Numbered from the stretch's first letter, positions 15,368 through 31,085 are shown. The stretch is DNA of 64,000 bases from the human T2T-CHM13v2.0 reference genome, Homo sapiens (GCF_009914755.1 NC_060928.1); one strand, 5' to 3'. Program-made: numbers and translations. The notes: generated by a model not told the origin, from the sequence alone.

Positions 15368-16332
15368 TATGCTAGTTTCCCATTGCTGCTGTAACAAACT
15401 ACCACAAATATAGTGGCTTAAAACAAGACAAATTTGTTATCTTACAGCTTTCGAGGTCAGAAATGGAAATGGGTCTTAATGGGCTAAAATATGGATGACT
15501 GCAAGGCTGCATTTCTTTCAGGAGGCTCTAGGACAGCATCCATGCCATGCCTTTTCCAGCTTCTAGAAATCACCCACATTCCTGGGCTACTGGCCCCCAT
15601 CAGTCTTCAAAGCCAGCAGTGGCAGGTTGAGTCTTTCTCACAATGCATCACTCTGGCTCTGACTCTGCTTCTTTCCTCTTTCACTTATAAAAACCTATGA
15701 GACTACATCAAACTCACTCCAATAGTTGAAGATAATCTCCCCATCTCATAGTCAACCAATTAGCAACCTGCAACTTTAATTATCCCTTGCCTTATATTAC
15801 AGGTTGAATTGTGCCCCCCAAAAAAATACCTTGAAATTCCAACTCACAGTACTTCAGAATGTACCTTATTTGGAAATAGATTTATTGCAGATGTTATTAG
15901 TTAAGATGAGCTTACAGTGGGGTAAGACAGGCCCTTAATCCAATATGACTGGTGTTCTTACAATAAAAGAAGACACAGAGAAAGGAAGACACAAACGTAC
16001 AGAGGGAAGATGGCCATGTGATGATGGAGGCAGAGATGAGATTGATGCATCTAGAAACACCAAGGATAACCAACAAACAACAGAAGCTAGAAGAAGAAAG
16101 GAAGGATTCTCTCCTATAGGTTTCGGAGTGACCAAAGCTTTGCCAATATCTTGGTTGAAGACTTCTTGCCTCCTGAATTGTGAGACAATAAATTTCTGTT
16201 GATTTAAGCCACCCAGCTTATGGTACTTAGTTATGGCAGCCCTGGCAAACCAATACACCATATAACACATATTCACAGGTTCTGAGGATTAGAACATGGA
16301 TATCTTGGGAAGCTATTCTTCTGCCTGCCATA
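15368..16332 (-). mobile_element. MLT1 (MaLR) LTR interrupted by a second MLT1
   Basis: tagtttcccattgctgctgtaacaaactaccacaa...; resumes at about 16254 with catattcacaggttctgaggattagaacatgg. Confidence 0.8.
15794..16257 (+). mobile_element. MLT1B/C-like LTR nested in the opposite-strand MLT1
   Basis: ggttgaattgtgccccccaaa...ccttatttggaaatag...gacaataaatttctgttgatttaagccacccag...ggcagccctggcaaaccaataca. Confidence 0.85.
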
Positions 16333-17641
16333 GTCAGTGGGAGAAGTGATAAAAATAGAGGACTTTTGCCCTCTAATTAAGAAAGAACAAGATAAATCTC
16401 TTTCTGAAGAAATGGAAATGATGATCTTTTTTCCTTTTAATTTACATACTGTCCTGAGGCTTTTATCTTCCTGGAACTTCTATTAAGTATTCCAGATCAC
16501 TTAGCAACAATTTTCAACCACAGCTTTTTTTGCTGATTTACTATTATGTTAAGTGCTTACCTCATATGTGTGGCTATTTTAAGTTCAGTTTAGGCAAACA
16601 TGGGATTTAAATGGAAAATGCATAGCTGAAGCATAGACTAGTCACTATGGCAGAGCCTAAGTGAACTGGGAAAAAAAAATCTATGCCAGCTCAGTGTCCT
16701 TGAGTTTTCAGAAAGGAAAAGAAAAGATTCTGCTTTCTATTTTTGGAGGTTTTAAAGTCGTCTCTAAATTTGTATCAGTGAAGCTAATGTCAAACAATAC
16801 TTTTAAAAGTGGCAGGAGTTCTTTCCTTTTCCTTATTTTGAAAGAAATATATATTTCCAAAGATCTTTTAACCTCACAGAAGCAAAATGACTCATTTTCC
16901 ATCTTTTTGTTCTGTCAGATTTATCTTTTTCCTTTCTTAATAGAGCAGGATTAACACATTTGTCTTTTGAGATAAGGCACACTCTGTGCTGTTCCCTAGT
17001 GACCAATCTTTACGGGAACATTAGACTCAGACCTGTTCTGCCCACACAACTAGTAGCTGATAACAGAAGGGACAGGAGAATGTTCATGGGGACAGTTAAA
17101 AGAATGAGAGTTTTTGGCCTAACAGGATGCTTCCTCCCTATGAAAAGAATCCCATTTGCCTTAGAGATGTGCGCACCATTAACAAATATGCACACTTACT
17201 TCAATTATGGGACACATGTAGCTAAAAATGCCTCAGGGGAAAACATACAGGGAGAAAATCTTATTTTACAACAGCAATGGAAAAGAAAATCAAAGCTATT
17301 GCCTCTCTGATATTTGGAAAGTATTCCACACTAACTTCAAGTATTCCAAATTAGAAGCAAAAAAAGCTTCAAAACAATAAAATAAGTCATTCAAGAATGC
17401 TTTGATTTCTTGTGAAATATTTTCATTTCCTGAGATATTACTATCAGATTATGAAAAGATATTATTCCTAAAATTATATGGCTAAAAAAGAGGAATAATC
17501 AGTTATAGTGTTTGCATAAATGTCACTATATCTCCTTTCTCTGATATTTAAAGCTTCCTGATTAAATCTTCCCTAACGTTCTTTCAATTTGACCTTCAGA
17601 ATATAAAATAATCTACGTTATATTTTGGATACAAATCTTAA

Positions 17642-17871
17642 CATACCTCTGTTTCCCATTGTTGCCGTAACAAACTACCACAAATACAGTGGATTAAAAG
17701 AAGACAAATTTGTTTTGTATTATAAGTGCTGATACTCTACTATAATTCTCAGTGGGTACTATGTTTGTGTTCAATTGACTTAGCATGGAGGATGTAGCTA
17801 ACATATAATTACCTGGTGCATAATACAGGAATATTTTTTGGAATGGTCATGAGGATTAGCCATGATCAGTA
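17642..17871 (+). repeat. Composite local duplication (pieces copied from 15346-15438 and 19636-19789)
   Basis: 17718-17871 matches 19636-19789 (154 bp, 3 mismatches); 17651-17714 matches 15375-15438 (64 bp, 5 mismatches); 17642-17651 matches 15346-15355. Confidence 0.9.
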
Positions 17872-18529
17872 TGAAATAAAGCCCAGCATACAGTTGTCTA
17901 TATAGTGTTAGTTACTTGTGTAGCATAAAGGTGGTAAGTAGTCAATTTAAGCATGCTGCCCTAACCTTGCACCTTGGATTCTAAAACAGAAGAGACTAAT
18001 GATGTTACACACAAAAATAAGCTAGAAGTCTACAAAACAAGAAACAATTTAAATCTAGCAGGAAGGATTTTAAAGTTTGTGAGCATATTTAAATATCAAT
18101 TCATCCAACATGTTTCTAGTATTTAGTTTACTGGATTTCAGCACAAATTTCTATGATAGGTGACATGTAACTAAGGCAAATAGAGAACCTACAAGTAGGG
18201 ACCAAATATTCCAGTTTGGCCAGGATAGTCTTATTTTATGCCTATTGTCCGGGCATCATTAACAGAACACAGCTTCACAATTTATTTTGGGGTCTTGTTC
18301 CCCTAATGAAGACATTTCTGGCATTCTAGAGAGAGGCATTCCCTCCTGAGACTCCAGGCCCATGGAGGGAAACTATGACCAGCCCTACCAGCAAGGGGAA
18401 TTCATTCCATGTGATATTATGCAAATGTTGCTGATTACTTATCAATAGCAATCAGTATGGATATTTCTATTGATTTTTCTTGACATTGCTGGTTTCAACA
18501 TTTCTTAACTCTAAGATGATAATATCAGC

Positions 18530-18763
18530 CACATTTTTATTGCATAATGATGATCATGAAACATCCTTAATATGGTCTTCAAGGCCTACAAAATTTGACC
18601 CAAGTTCATTTCTCTATCCTCATCTTGCACCACTTTCCTAACCCCTCCCTATTTTAGCCACATGTGCCTTTTTTAGTTATTTGAATTCCATGCTCAGAAT
18701 CACAGAACATGGTAGAGCTTCTGCTTGGATCCCTCTTCAAATCCAACCTCCACAACACCACAT

Positions 18764-18797
<34 letters not shown>

Positions 18798-19120
18798 GCA
18801 CAGACAGACACACACACACACATAGGCACATGCACATGCAGAGTGAACTTACTTTTAGAGTCCTCAACTCAAATGGAACTTGCCTAGGGTGGACCACCTT
18901 AACCTCAAGACTAGAACAGATTCCATCTTATACACTCTCACAGCACACCTTGTTTTTTATTTACAGCACTTACTTCAGTTTGCAATTAGAAAATATTTGT
19001 ATAATAGCTGATGTTCCCCTTTAAGCTATAAGATACATTAGGTTGGGGCTATATGAATTTCGTGCACTATTGTATTTGATACACTCAGCATAGTGTCTAT
19101 TACTAAGGAAATGCAGCATA
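18530..19120 (+). mobile_element. L2 fragment containing a (CA)n microsatellite (about 18765-18821)
   Basis: tccttaatatggtcttcaaggccta..., cagcatagtgtct L2 3' motif; CA repeat. Confidence 0.6.
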
Positions 19121-19635
19121 AAAATTGTTTTCTGAAGGTTAAAGGATACAAGGCTGGAAAGATGAGAATATGTTAGATGAGAGAATTAGTAATCAAAATA
19201 ACCTTCACAGATTAGAGAGGTAACCTACAACAAATGAAATGCAGCAGAGATAAATTTTAGATCCCCCAGTTTAAACCAAAGAAACAATTATACAAGAAGA
19301 GGGTGGAGTAATTAAAAGTATATATATGTTTAAAAGTTGGTGACAGGATTTTTTTACCAAAATAGTAAGAAATATTTCTGTTTTTTTCTTTCTACCCTTT
19401 CCCTTATTCCTCCCCACAAGAGAAAGAGTATGTTATTTAATTCATATGATGGACAGAATCTAAATTCCATGGAGTCTCAGCCAGCAACAAAGGACATGGC
19501 ATTGGAAAAGCATTACTTTCTTTTTCTTTGCATCCTAGACATAGCTGAATCCAGAAAAAGGGGTGCTAGAACCTCCTCCATACAGAATGACTATGCAGGG
19601 CCCCATCATAGTTTTGAAGTTAGTTTTAATATCAA

Positions 19636-19789
19636 TATTATAAGTGCTGATACTCTATTATAATTCTCAGTGGGTACTATGTTTGTGTTCAATTGACTTA
19701 GCATGGAGGATGTAGCTAACATAAAATTACCTGGTGTATAATACAGGAATATTTTTTGGAATGGTCATGAGGATTAGCCATGATCAGTA
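19636..19789 (+). repeat. Second copy (probable donor) of the 154-bp duplicated segment
   Basis: 151/154 identical to 17718-17871. Confidence 0.92.
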
Positions 19790-22537
19790 ACAGATATATT
19801 CAATACAATTGCTGAAGAGATGTTAAAATCTTGGACTGAATAATGCAGAATGTAGAACAAAAATAATAATAGGCACATTCTACTCAGAACTGCTCAGAAC
19901 ACTCTTGGTGTACTGTTCAATCCAGGAAACTCCACTTTAAGTGATATACTGAGAAAGATAGGGCATGTTTTGAGGCTGTTCAAAATTGCATTATTATTCC
20001 TAATTATGTGCTGTCCTCCCTATAAGAGGCTTGTAGATGTCTTAACTTGATATGTGACAGTAAATCCCAGTGGGAGGTTTATATTTTCCCACCCCATCAA
20101 TGATAGATTTGGACATGTGATTTGCTTTAGCTTAAAAAATATGTAAAAGTGATTTATGCCCTTCCTCAACAAATTTTGCACTTTTTCCTTCTGTTAGATT
20201 GGCATAACTTAGGGGGTACTCCTTCCAACTGAGTCCTAAAATGAAGATATATGGAGAAGAACTTCAACAAACCAATAGCTGATGTTTTATGTGAATGAGA
20301 ATAAATATTGTTGTAACCACTAAGATTATGGGGTTTTTACTACTACAGCAATGCTTAGAGAAAACTGACTAATGCATACAAACAAACTAATTCAGAGTCA
20401 GACAACCTGAACAATTAAAGACTTTGAACTTCATATTAGGAATAGTTGAAGGAACTGGGATGTTCTATTTGTCAAATAACAGATGTGGAGACATTGTAAT
20501 ACCCTTTAAATATTTAATGAGTGGGCAAATATAAGAGTAAGAGAACTGTTCTGAGTATTCTTATCATGTCAAATTAGACCCAATTACTGGAAGCTTTAGG
20601 GAAATCTATGTGAGCTCAATATTAGAGGGAACTTTCTAACTTGCAGAGGTGGTCAAAGATGAAATTGGAAGTTGTAGGATGCTTTAAAGGGTTTACTGAT
20701 ATTGGGAGGTACTGATAGCTCAATATATTTAGTCAGGGATGGTTTAAGAGGATTCAAATATTGGTTGGGTCAATAAACTAATATGATCTCTATTTAAAAC
20801 AAAGCACAAAATTTATAACAAAGTACCAAAGACTTTCCCCATGTCCTATAGACCAACTGTCCTTTATGTCTTGGTTTTCTTCTTTCATTCTGTTCTTGTT
20901 CAACCATTGTGAATAGTAATTGGCAAACGGAGGAAAGGATTTCTTTTTAAGTCAGAGGCTTCAAAAATTAAGTCTCAGACTGGATGTGGCAATCAAATAT
21001 TGAGAAACATGTTATTCCCAAAGATTTAAACATTTAAAATAAAATAGGGTATAATAAATATAAAATTCCTTTTATCCCAAACATTATTCAAAAATAAAAA
21101 TACTAATGAGTACACAAAGATTTATGAAATGATCGTCTATTGCATGTGAGCCCAACATAATTTCTACTTATCTATCTACAGTCTATGTGTATTTGTAGGC
21201 CTTATCATAACAACTAATGGGACATTTGAGTAATATTAATTTTTCCACCCAATATAGGATTTGTAAAACTAAAGAGTTTTAATAGCAAGATAAGCCAATC
21301 TTTAATTAAAAATCAATGAATCACATCTTCAGAAGAATTTTCATGCTTGCTTTTATGAGAAAAATAACTCTTTAGTAAGTTTTATTTTGTTTTTGTTTTT
21401 GTCAAATAAATAAATTCAATGTCATCTTAAAAATTAACATACAAACTGTGGCTGCCAGCATCTGTTTCCTCTATCTCTTCTAATTAATTTTATTATATTT
21501 AATTTTTAGTTATTGTAACATATGCTTAATTGTATCACCCACTGTAATTTATTTTTTCAAGCAGGTAGTGTACAACCACTAAATAAGTAAACATTTATTA
21601 AATCCCAATAATGAATTTAAAATAACTAAAAGAATCAGTATTTTTAAAATCTGAACAAGATTTTCTATATGTCTGAAATTTCAAAATATTCAACATAAGC
21701 AACACAAGCAATTTTTGATGAGTCATAAGAAAACTTTTTGGCATCAAATTTAGAAGTCACAGTTATTTTATGACTTAAAAGGCAAATGAAACTCAGTTGT
21801 TGATAATTTGAGAAAGAAGCTTTATAGTGTCTATCCCATTACCAATTATGTTTATTTTTCTCTTCTACCAAAATGTTGATTAAATACCAAATACAATGTG
21901 TTTGTTTAATCAGCTCCTTCATTTTATATTTATAACAACCCCATGAAGAAGTGCAGTCACTGAAACAGGGAAGATTTGATTTCATTTTGTCCCATCCTTG
22001 CTAATTTTTTAAAGATTTTTACCATTTATCCTCAACAAAATAGATTTCACTTGATAGGAAACAATAATACAGAGAGTCTGAATCTCTCTGACAATTAAAC
22101 ATGGTGGCATGTTTTAATAATAAACTGGCTTCTATTAGAGTTTAAATTTTACAATATAAATACAATTTGCTGTACTTAATTACAAAGGGAAGGGAGGAAA
22201 TAAATATTACATAATTTATGTTTCTGTGCAGTTTGTTATTCATATTTGGCATTCATAAAATTGCAATTTTGGAAGCAATTTTTAATAAAAATAATGATTC
22301 GTTTTGTCTTCTAAATTAGAAGACTGCATTACTTAATGAGTATTTGAATGTGTTATTTTAATCAGTTTATCCATATTATATATATGATAAGCCCACACAA
22401 AAATTAGTGTTTGATTTGGCTTTTTCCTAACAATCTGGCATTTTTGAGAAAACAAAAATTGATTGAAACTTAACAGAGGTTAAGAGTCAAGAGATGAGAA
22501 GAGAAAATCTGAAATAATGAAGATAAAACATAGAGTT

Positions 22538-22841
<304 letters not shown>

Positions 22842-22999
22842 TTAACCTCTTGATACTAGGTTCATGCAAATGACTTGCCAGGCCAATGAGAATTTAAAGA
22901 CACAATGCAAAGACTTAAAATGGGTGGATATTGTTAACTTAAATAAAATCCAATTTATAAATTTAGAAAAAAGAGAAAAGGAGACTTTATTTTTTATAG

Positions 23000-23859
<860 letters not shown>

Positions 23860-24581
23860 GTATGCACAAGGTAGCTTGCACTCTTCCACTTTTGCCAATG
23901 ACAGAACACACTCAGGTTAACCTAGTACAGAATGAGAGCCACATGGAGTACATATAAGTGTTCCAGTTGCTGCAGCAATGGGCGGCTTCAATCAGCCAAC
24001 AGCCAGCTGATTCCCAGACATGTGAGCAAGCCCAGTCAAGATCAGTTGAACTTCCTCATCAACCCCCAGCTTTTCCCAGACAAAAGGGCAATAAACACAT
24101 GCCTCCAAATTCTAGGCTAGTTTGTTATGTAGTAAAAGTAAAAAAAATAGCAGATAATTTGTGATTATCAGATATAATTTTTGGATATTCTGAAGTACAA
24201 CTGGTACCCTTATTACAATAAAATAGACCTAATACTTAAGCACTAAAGGAGCCTACCCTCACAAAAAAAGTTATTAAAAAAATCATCTTCGTTTCAATTA
24301 TTTTATATATATATATAGAAAACACAAGAGTTTCTCATGCATATATGAACATGTCAAATTTATGAAAACATATATATGTCTGTATATATATGTGAATACA
24401 CAGATATGTCAAATTTATGAATACGTACATATTTATATGTATAGACAGCATCTACCACATCCCATGCACCATTTTAGGATATGGAAATGAACTAACCAGA
24501 CAACATCTTGCCATTATAAAGTTGAAATTCTGGAGGTGGCATACTAATAATAAAGAAATTAACATAAAATATGAAATAAGA

Positions 24582-24885
<304 letters not shown>

Positions 24886-24889
24886 ACAT

Positions 24890-25670
24890 GAAAAAAGTAC
24901 CACAGATAAAATAAAGTAGGGTAAAGGGGACTGTGAGTTCTAAATGTGCAGTTATCAGGAAAGGCTTCACTGTAAGCTGAGATCTGAACAGAGACCTGAA
25001 GGAAATCAAGAACTGAGTCAGGTGGATGTTTGGAGGAAGAACATTACAGGGTGAAGCTCATTTGGCAAGCACAAAGAACTGCCATGTGCCTAGAGTGCAA
25101 TGAGCAGCGGAGAGAAAAGAAGGAAATGAGTTCAGAGAGGCAGCTGCAGGCTAGGATAAGGATTTTGTTTTTTTAATCTAAACAAGATTGCATGCTATTA
25201 GAGGTTTTGAGAAAAAATTAACATGAGAATGAACTGTAGAAGCAAGGGAAGAAGCAAGTATACTGGTTAGCTTGCAGAAATCCAGCTAAGATCTTTAGAC
25301 CAAATGTTAACATTAGAAGTGCTAAAAAGTTCTTGGAATCTGGATGTATTTTGAAGATAGATTCCACAGCACTTGCTGATGAACTGGGATTTGTGATTGA
25401 GAGTACCAGAGGAACTAAAACTGAAGGTTCTAAGAAACATGAAGAATGGAATTGTCGCTATTGAGACATGGAAGGCAGAGATCAGGATGTAAGAGGCAGG
25501 GATGGGATGAGTCAGGCAGTTGATTTTTTAGAAGCTCTTTTTTCTTTTTGTCTGTATTTTGATTTGTGTTTTTGAGAGACCTATTAACCACCCAAACAAA
25601 AATGTTTAATAGGCACTTAGATATACAAGTCTGAAGTTCAGGAAAGAAGTGCATGCTGTATATATACATT
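24890..25670 (-). mobile_element. L2 fragment
   Basis: Purine-rich antisense L2 motifs: atcaggaaaggcttcactg...ctgagatctgaacagagacctgaagg; aatctggatgtattttgaagatag. Confidence 0.7.
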
Positions 25671-25856
25671 TGGAATGGAAAGCTAATAGTAGTAGTGCTC
25701 TAAAGTTCAGCTTAAGATTTGGTTTTGAGGAAAATTCTATTATTCAACTTTGGAAAAGTGAATATACTGAATGCTGCCATTATTTCTTGTACTTGTGAAC
25801 AAGGAATTTGTCATCAAATCCTATTGGCATAACAAGGTAATAAAATAAGGCACACT

Positions 25857-26852
25857 ATGTCAATATCAGGTCAATCCAGAGGGATAGGAAGCACACGGGG
25901 GTATAAACAGAAAAAGTTTAATATGAAGAATTATTAAACTATGATAAAAGAGTAACTCTAGGATATAAGAAAACTCTGTGCCATGCTCTAGGACTAAGAT
26001 AGAGTACCTAACGAAGGACAAACTTGGAAGGGGGACTCTCCTTCCTAAGGTTGGGGTTCAGACCTTTGTGGAGAAAGTGAAGTTCAGTCTACTGGATGAC
26101 AAAGAAGTTTGTCAGTTTGCCCAGACCAGAGCTGGTCTGTAGTTGGTGGGCAAGCAGGAAGCATCCTTTTGGAGTACAGGAAGGGCACAGAGGAGACACA
26201 GGTGGGACATAGGTGAGCATAGCTAGGCACGTGAGCATGTAGAAGGAATGGGGTTTCCGATGCAGGAGAGGGCTTGGAGCCCACATTGCCCATGAGGTGA
26301 GCCACTGCCCAGAGCAAGGTATGCAGACATGCAGAGGGAATGGGGAGCTGGGGCACAGACTAATGACAGCTAGTGGGGCTAGACAAATGGGCATGCAGAG
26401 GGAAAGAAGCCATGGCATGGCAGAAGGCCCTGGAGCACAAAGTGCCTATGTCAGGAGTACCATGGGAAACAGATCTGGGATATGGATGTGCAAAGGGAGA
26501 AATAAGAGTGTCAGTGTGGAAAAGTAGGCTTGATCTTGTGGTGGTCTATATTGAAAGGGCAGCAGGAAACTAATCACCAGAACCATAAAGGGCTGTGAGA
26601 TTGCTGAGGGCCTGTACATTCTGAATGGATGGCTGCAGATGCACACTACCCATACCACTGACCCACCATGCAGCAGCCAGAAACTGGAGAGCCCCTTCCT
26701 CCTGAAATGTCCCTTCAGCACCCTCTGCTGAGAAAACACAACATCATGCTCATTGTCAAGGAGAAATTCTTAAAAGGAATTTGGTCCATTTGAAGAGCAT
26801 GTATTAAAAGGTAAATTTTGGAGCTAAGAGGCAATAAATTGAGAGCTGGGAT
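25857..26852 (-). mobile_element. Ancient LTR (LTR78/79-like), GC-richer than flanks
   Basis: Reverse complement begins ...ctcaatttattgcctcttagctccaaaatttacc; explains the cluster of chance ORFs at 26.1-26.7 kb. Confidence 0.45.
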
Positions 26853-27967
26853 ATATGCCATTAAGATTTATAATTAATATCTGAATGACTACTCTCAGGT
26901 AAGCATTCTAGAAATAACTTTTAGTAAAATTCACTATGTGTAACATATGTTGAAATCGTATCAATCAAAATTTAATTGTATGTTTATTGTTGCAAGACTA
27001 AGAAATGATTGTACAATTTGTAATGGTTTATACAAAACAATTATTAAGAACTGTCAGTTTTTAATGTAAATAGTGAATATACTGACAGTCAATACCCTTT
27101 TTACCAGAGAGTTTGTTAGGCAGATAACTTTAGGAAGAATAAATCCTTTTTTAACAATAAAGGCTTATCAAAATTTAAACAATAAATCAAAAAACAGTAT
27201 TTGTATATAAGCTTACATTGTAATTTTTGTAAAATGTTTGCTGTCTTAGCTTCAAAACATTAATCAAATAACCTCTCAGTATATATTTATTTTGTAGTCA
27301 TTTAATTTTATTTAGACCATGAGTCCTACAAGAAAAAGTTCTATCTGGTAATTCTTCTCAAAATTATAACAATAAAATAAAAACAGAATTATCAACTTTG
27401 TTACCTCAAAATTTAATCAAAAAGAAAACATCCAAAAGTAAATTAATCTATTTTCAATTGTCTTCTACTAAACATAACACAGGATATAAACATAAATAAA
27501 ATGTTAGAGAGACAGGTGGAAATTCAGAGACAACTTGTCATTTTGGAAGCCTGTACCATTGCTGTATTTTTAGATCCAAGGGTGGAAAGGTTAAAGATAA
27601 TTTATTCTCAACTGATATTGTGAAGTAGCAGGTGTAGGCAACAATTTTAAATTTTAAATTGTTGCTTACACAACAATATTCAAAAAGAGCTATGTATTTT
27701 ACATTAATGAAATTGTATCATCACTCCTTTTATATTACGTCAACAAACATTTTTATATGCCTTTTCTATTTTATGCTTTCTTAGTTTCAAGCTCACTTTT
27801 AATTTCCTTTCAGAAATAATTCTTTCCTATTTTCTTTTTTATAAAACACAGTAGTGAACTCCATGATAGAAATTGACTGTACCTTTAATCATGAATTTAT
27901 TGGATTCAAAACCAAATTACATTATTGGTGCTATTTCTAATATGTACATTGAAATTACTGTATAATT

Positions 27968-28264
27968 TATTATTATTATTATTATTTTTACAGACAGGGT
28001 CTTATTCTGTTGCCCAGATTGGAGTGCAGTGGTGGAATCATAGCTCGCTGCAGACTCAAACTCCTAAGCTCAAGCAATTCTTCTGCCTTAGCCTCTTAAG
28101 TAGCTAAGTGCATGCCCCCATGCCTGGCTAAATGTTTTTTCTTTTTAACAGCTGGAATCTCACTATATTGTCTAGACAGGTCACAGACTCATGAGCTCAA
28201 GTAATCTCCCCACCTCAGCCTTCCAAAGTGTTGAGATTACAGGCATGAGCCACCACACCCAGCC
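27968..28264 (-). mobile_element. AluJ (degenerate)
   Basis: (TTA)n tail, acagggtcttattctgttgcccag...gagccaccacacccagcc. Confidence 0.9.
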
Positions 28265-28520
28265 TGCTTTTAAATAAATAGAAAATATGTTGGCAAAAAT
28301 AGTCACATTTTATCCTAAAATTACTATACTGTATTTATACTTTGAAAAGTTCAACTAAAAAGCCAAAACATCAATTTTATAAACATTTATATAATATTAA
28401 GCATTGCAAGGTGATGTAGGAAATGCAAGGAAGAATAATATAGCACAATGCCCCACCCCTAAATTTCTCACAACCCATTGAGGAAAGATAGGCACAAATA
28501 AACTATTAAAAATATCAGAA

Positions 28521-28644
28521 AGCTTGGCATGACGATACATGCCTGTAGTCCCAGCTACTTGTGAGGCTGAGGAGGGAGGATTTATGGAGCCCAGGGCTTC
28601 AAGTCCAACCTGGGTAACATGGCAAGACTCTGCCTCTAAAATAT

Positions 28645-28685
<41 letters not shown>
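28521..28685 (+). mobile_element. Alu monomer (FLAM-like) followed by (TG)n microsatellite 28648-28685
   Basis: gcctgtagtcccagctacttgtgaggctgag...ctgggtaacatggcaagactctgcctct, then TG repeat. Confidence 0.85.
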
Positions 28686-28686
<1 letters not shown>

Positions 28687-29947
28687 AGAAAGACTGCAAT
28701 AAATGCCACAGTGGACCTTCAGTAATTATATTCCTCCCATTTTAAGCAAACTGGTCTTTTATTTACAAAAATTTCTTTAAAGATAAGCTTTTGCTTATTA
28801 AGCACTTTGTAGCAGTCCTCAAGATTTGTATTCTATTACGTATGATATAGTAATTGTAACTTATTCTTGGAGTAACTTCAGTTCTCTTTATATTACTTTG
28901 TGGATTACCTACCCTTTTGAGTTTTAAGTAAATTTGGCATAAAACCATATTTCACAATGTCTGGGGTACAGGACCTTCTTACCATCTCTGGAAATTTTAG
29001 GACTTAATTCCTTATAATTCTGTTTTTATGGCCCAGTGAACCATTTTATTTTCTTCAGCCTCATCACTCCTCCTCCTCAAGTCAAAACCAACAAATAAAC
29101 AGTTTGACCACAACTCGGTTGTACCATTTTGTGGCTTGCCTAAGAAATTCACTCACACCAAGCATATCATGGTTATATTCTTGCTAAAATGGTTAGGTGA
29201 GGTTTACAGTAAGGAGTAGGATGCAAATCAGGGTGCCTGCTGTTGTCCACAACTTCACTGCTGTCTTTTGCTTTCTCTTGGTGGTACTTTGTTCACTCTA
29301 ACAGTTAGGATTAGGTTTGGGTGAGTATATCTGAAAACCCAGAAGAAAAGTGAATTTTAACTCATTCTCACACACACACAAAATCAGCAGTATAGGATCA
29401 TAGTGTTGGCTCCACACTAGTGAAGAACCCATCTCCTTTCCATCCTCCTTTCCCACAATACACAGTACTTATCTTCTAACCTCAAAACCACATAAGACTG
29501 TAAAAATGGCTACTGAGGTTCCAGGGAGAAGAAAAAAGAGGTGGAAGGTGCAAAGTGCATCCTCTGCCAGCTGTCTGTCTCCACTTTGAGGAGTCTTCCC
29601 ATATGACCGGCTCAGTGATGTCCAAACACAGGCAATGGTTACACCTGGCTATGACTGACCACTAGGTTTGTAGTCTTTTAGCTGGATGAATAGTCTTTTG
29701 AATAGAATTAAATTCTGATTACCGGAAATTGAAATGTAGTCAGTCTATCCTATTTACCATCCTGTTATGATAAAAAGGGCGCATAAATAGAAAGGAATGT
29801 AAAGCATATGATAGAGAAAGGGTAGATTACTGGGAATAATAAAAAGAGATGAAGGAAAGTAAATATGGCCCTTGGAGAGTAGCATTGCAATGTAAAGAGA
29901 AATTAACTGAGGGATGAAGGTGAAGAGAATAGGATAAAAACAGAGGC

Positions 29948-30113
29948 TACACGTGCACAACGTGCAGGTTTGTTACATATGTATACATGTGCCATGTTGG
30001 TGTGCTGCACCCGTTAACTTGTCATTTACATTAGGTAAATCTCCTAATGCTATCCCTAGAAATTAAAGTATAATTTTAAAAAATGCAAAAATAAATAAAT
30101 AAATAAAAATAAA
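29948..30113 (+). mobile_element. Very short 5'-inverted (twin-primed) L1PA insertion
   Basis: Antisense L1 3'UTR 29948-30057, sense ccctagaaattaaagtataat plus A-rich tail; TSD ataaaaacagaggc at 29934-29947 and 30114-30127. Confidence 0.92.
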
Positions 30114-30427
30114 ATAAAAACAGAGGCAATTATTTATTCACCTTCTATTTACCAAACACTACACTTGGTTACTGAATGTACAATGGCAAACAAGAGAGAT
30201 ACAATCTCTGCCTCTATGAAATTCATATTCTAGTACTTTGAGAGCAATGAAAGCACAATGTGTCTAAATTGTTAGTTGGAGGACCAGCCACAGAATAAAT
30301 TGGCCTCAATATTTTAAAATATTCACAACAAAGCAAAACAAATCCTCAAACTGTCACTAAAACTTTAGCAGAGGAAGAGACTTTAAAATTGCTAGTGGGA
30401 GCAATATGGTAAAGAAATCAGTATTGA

Positions 30428-30720
<293 letters not shown>

Positions 30721-30889
30721 AATTATTACTGTTTTAAAATATGCAAAATATCATTGATGGTTTTAATTTTTGAATGCTGTTTGTATTTCAGTAAAAATTT
30801 TTAAAAGGAATTAACTATATTCATTTTACATGTATGTATATACACATAAATTGTACTTTTACACATATATATTTAAATGTACTAGGAAC

Positions 30890-31085
30890 ATTATTATAAG
30901 TTAAACCCATAAGGTAGGCACTAATAGTATCATGAAATTTTACAGATGACAATATTGAATAACAATTTATTGGGTAATAACTTTGCCCATGGTCACACAA
31001 CCAATAAGTAACAAAGCTGAGATTCAATTCTGGAAGTCTGGTTCCAAAGTCTGTACTTGTAACCAACTCATTATGCTTCCCCTCC
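30890..31085 (-). mobile_element. MIR
   Basis: cccataaggtaggcact...attttacagatgac...gctgagattcaattctggaagtctggttccaaagtc. Confidence 0.75.

Noticed and set aside
18681-19024. His/Thr and Cys/Val repeat ORFs
   Set aside because: Translation of a (CA)n microsatellite.
24340-24445. atgtcaaatttatgaa repeated at 55-bp spacing
   Set aside because: Small duplication within TA-rich low-complexity DNA; nothing further supports a function.
26084-26739. Cluster of overlapping 66-109 aa ORFs
   Set aside because: They lie in a GC-richer old LTR-like region and show no recognisable motifs or consistent splice structure.
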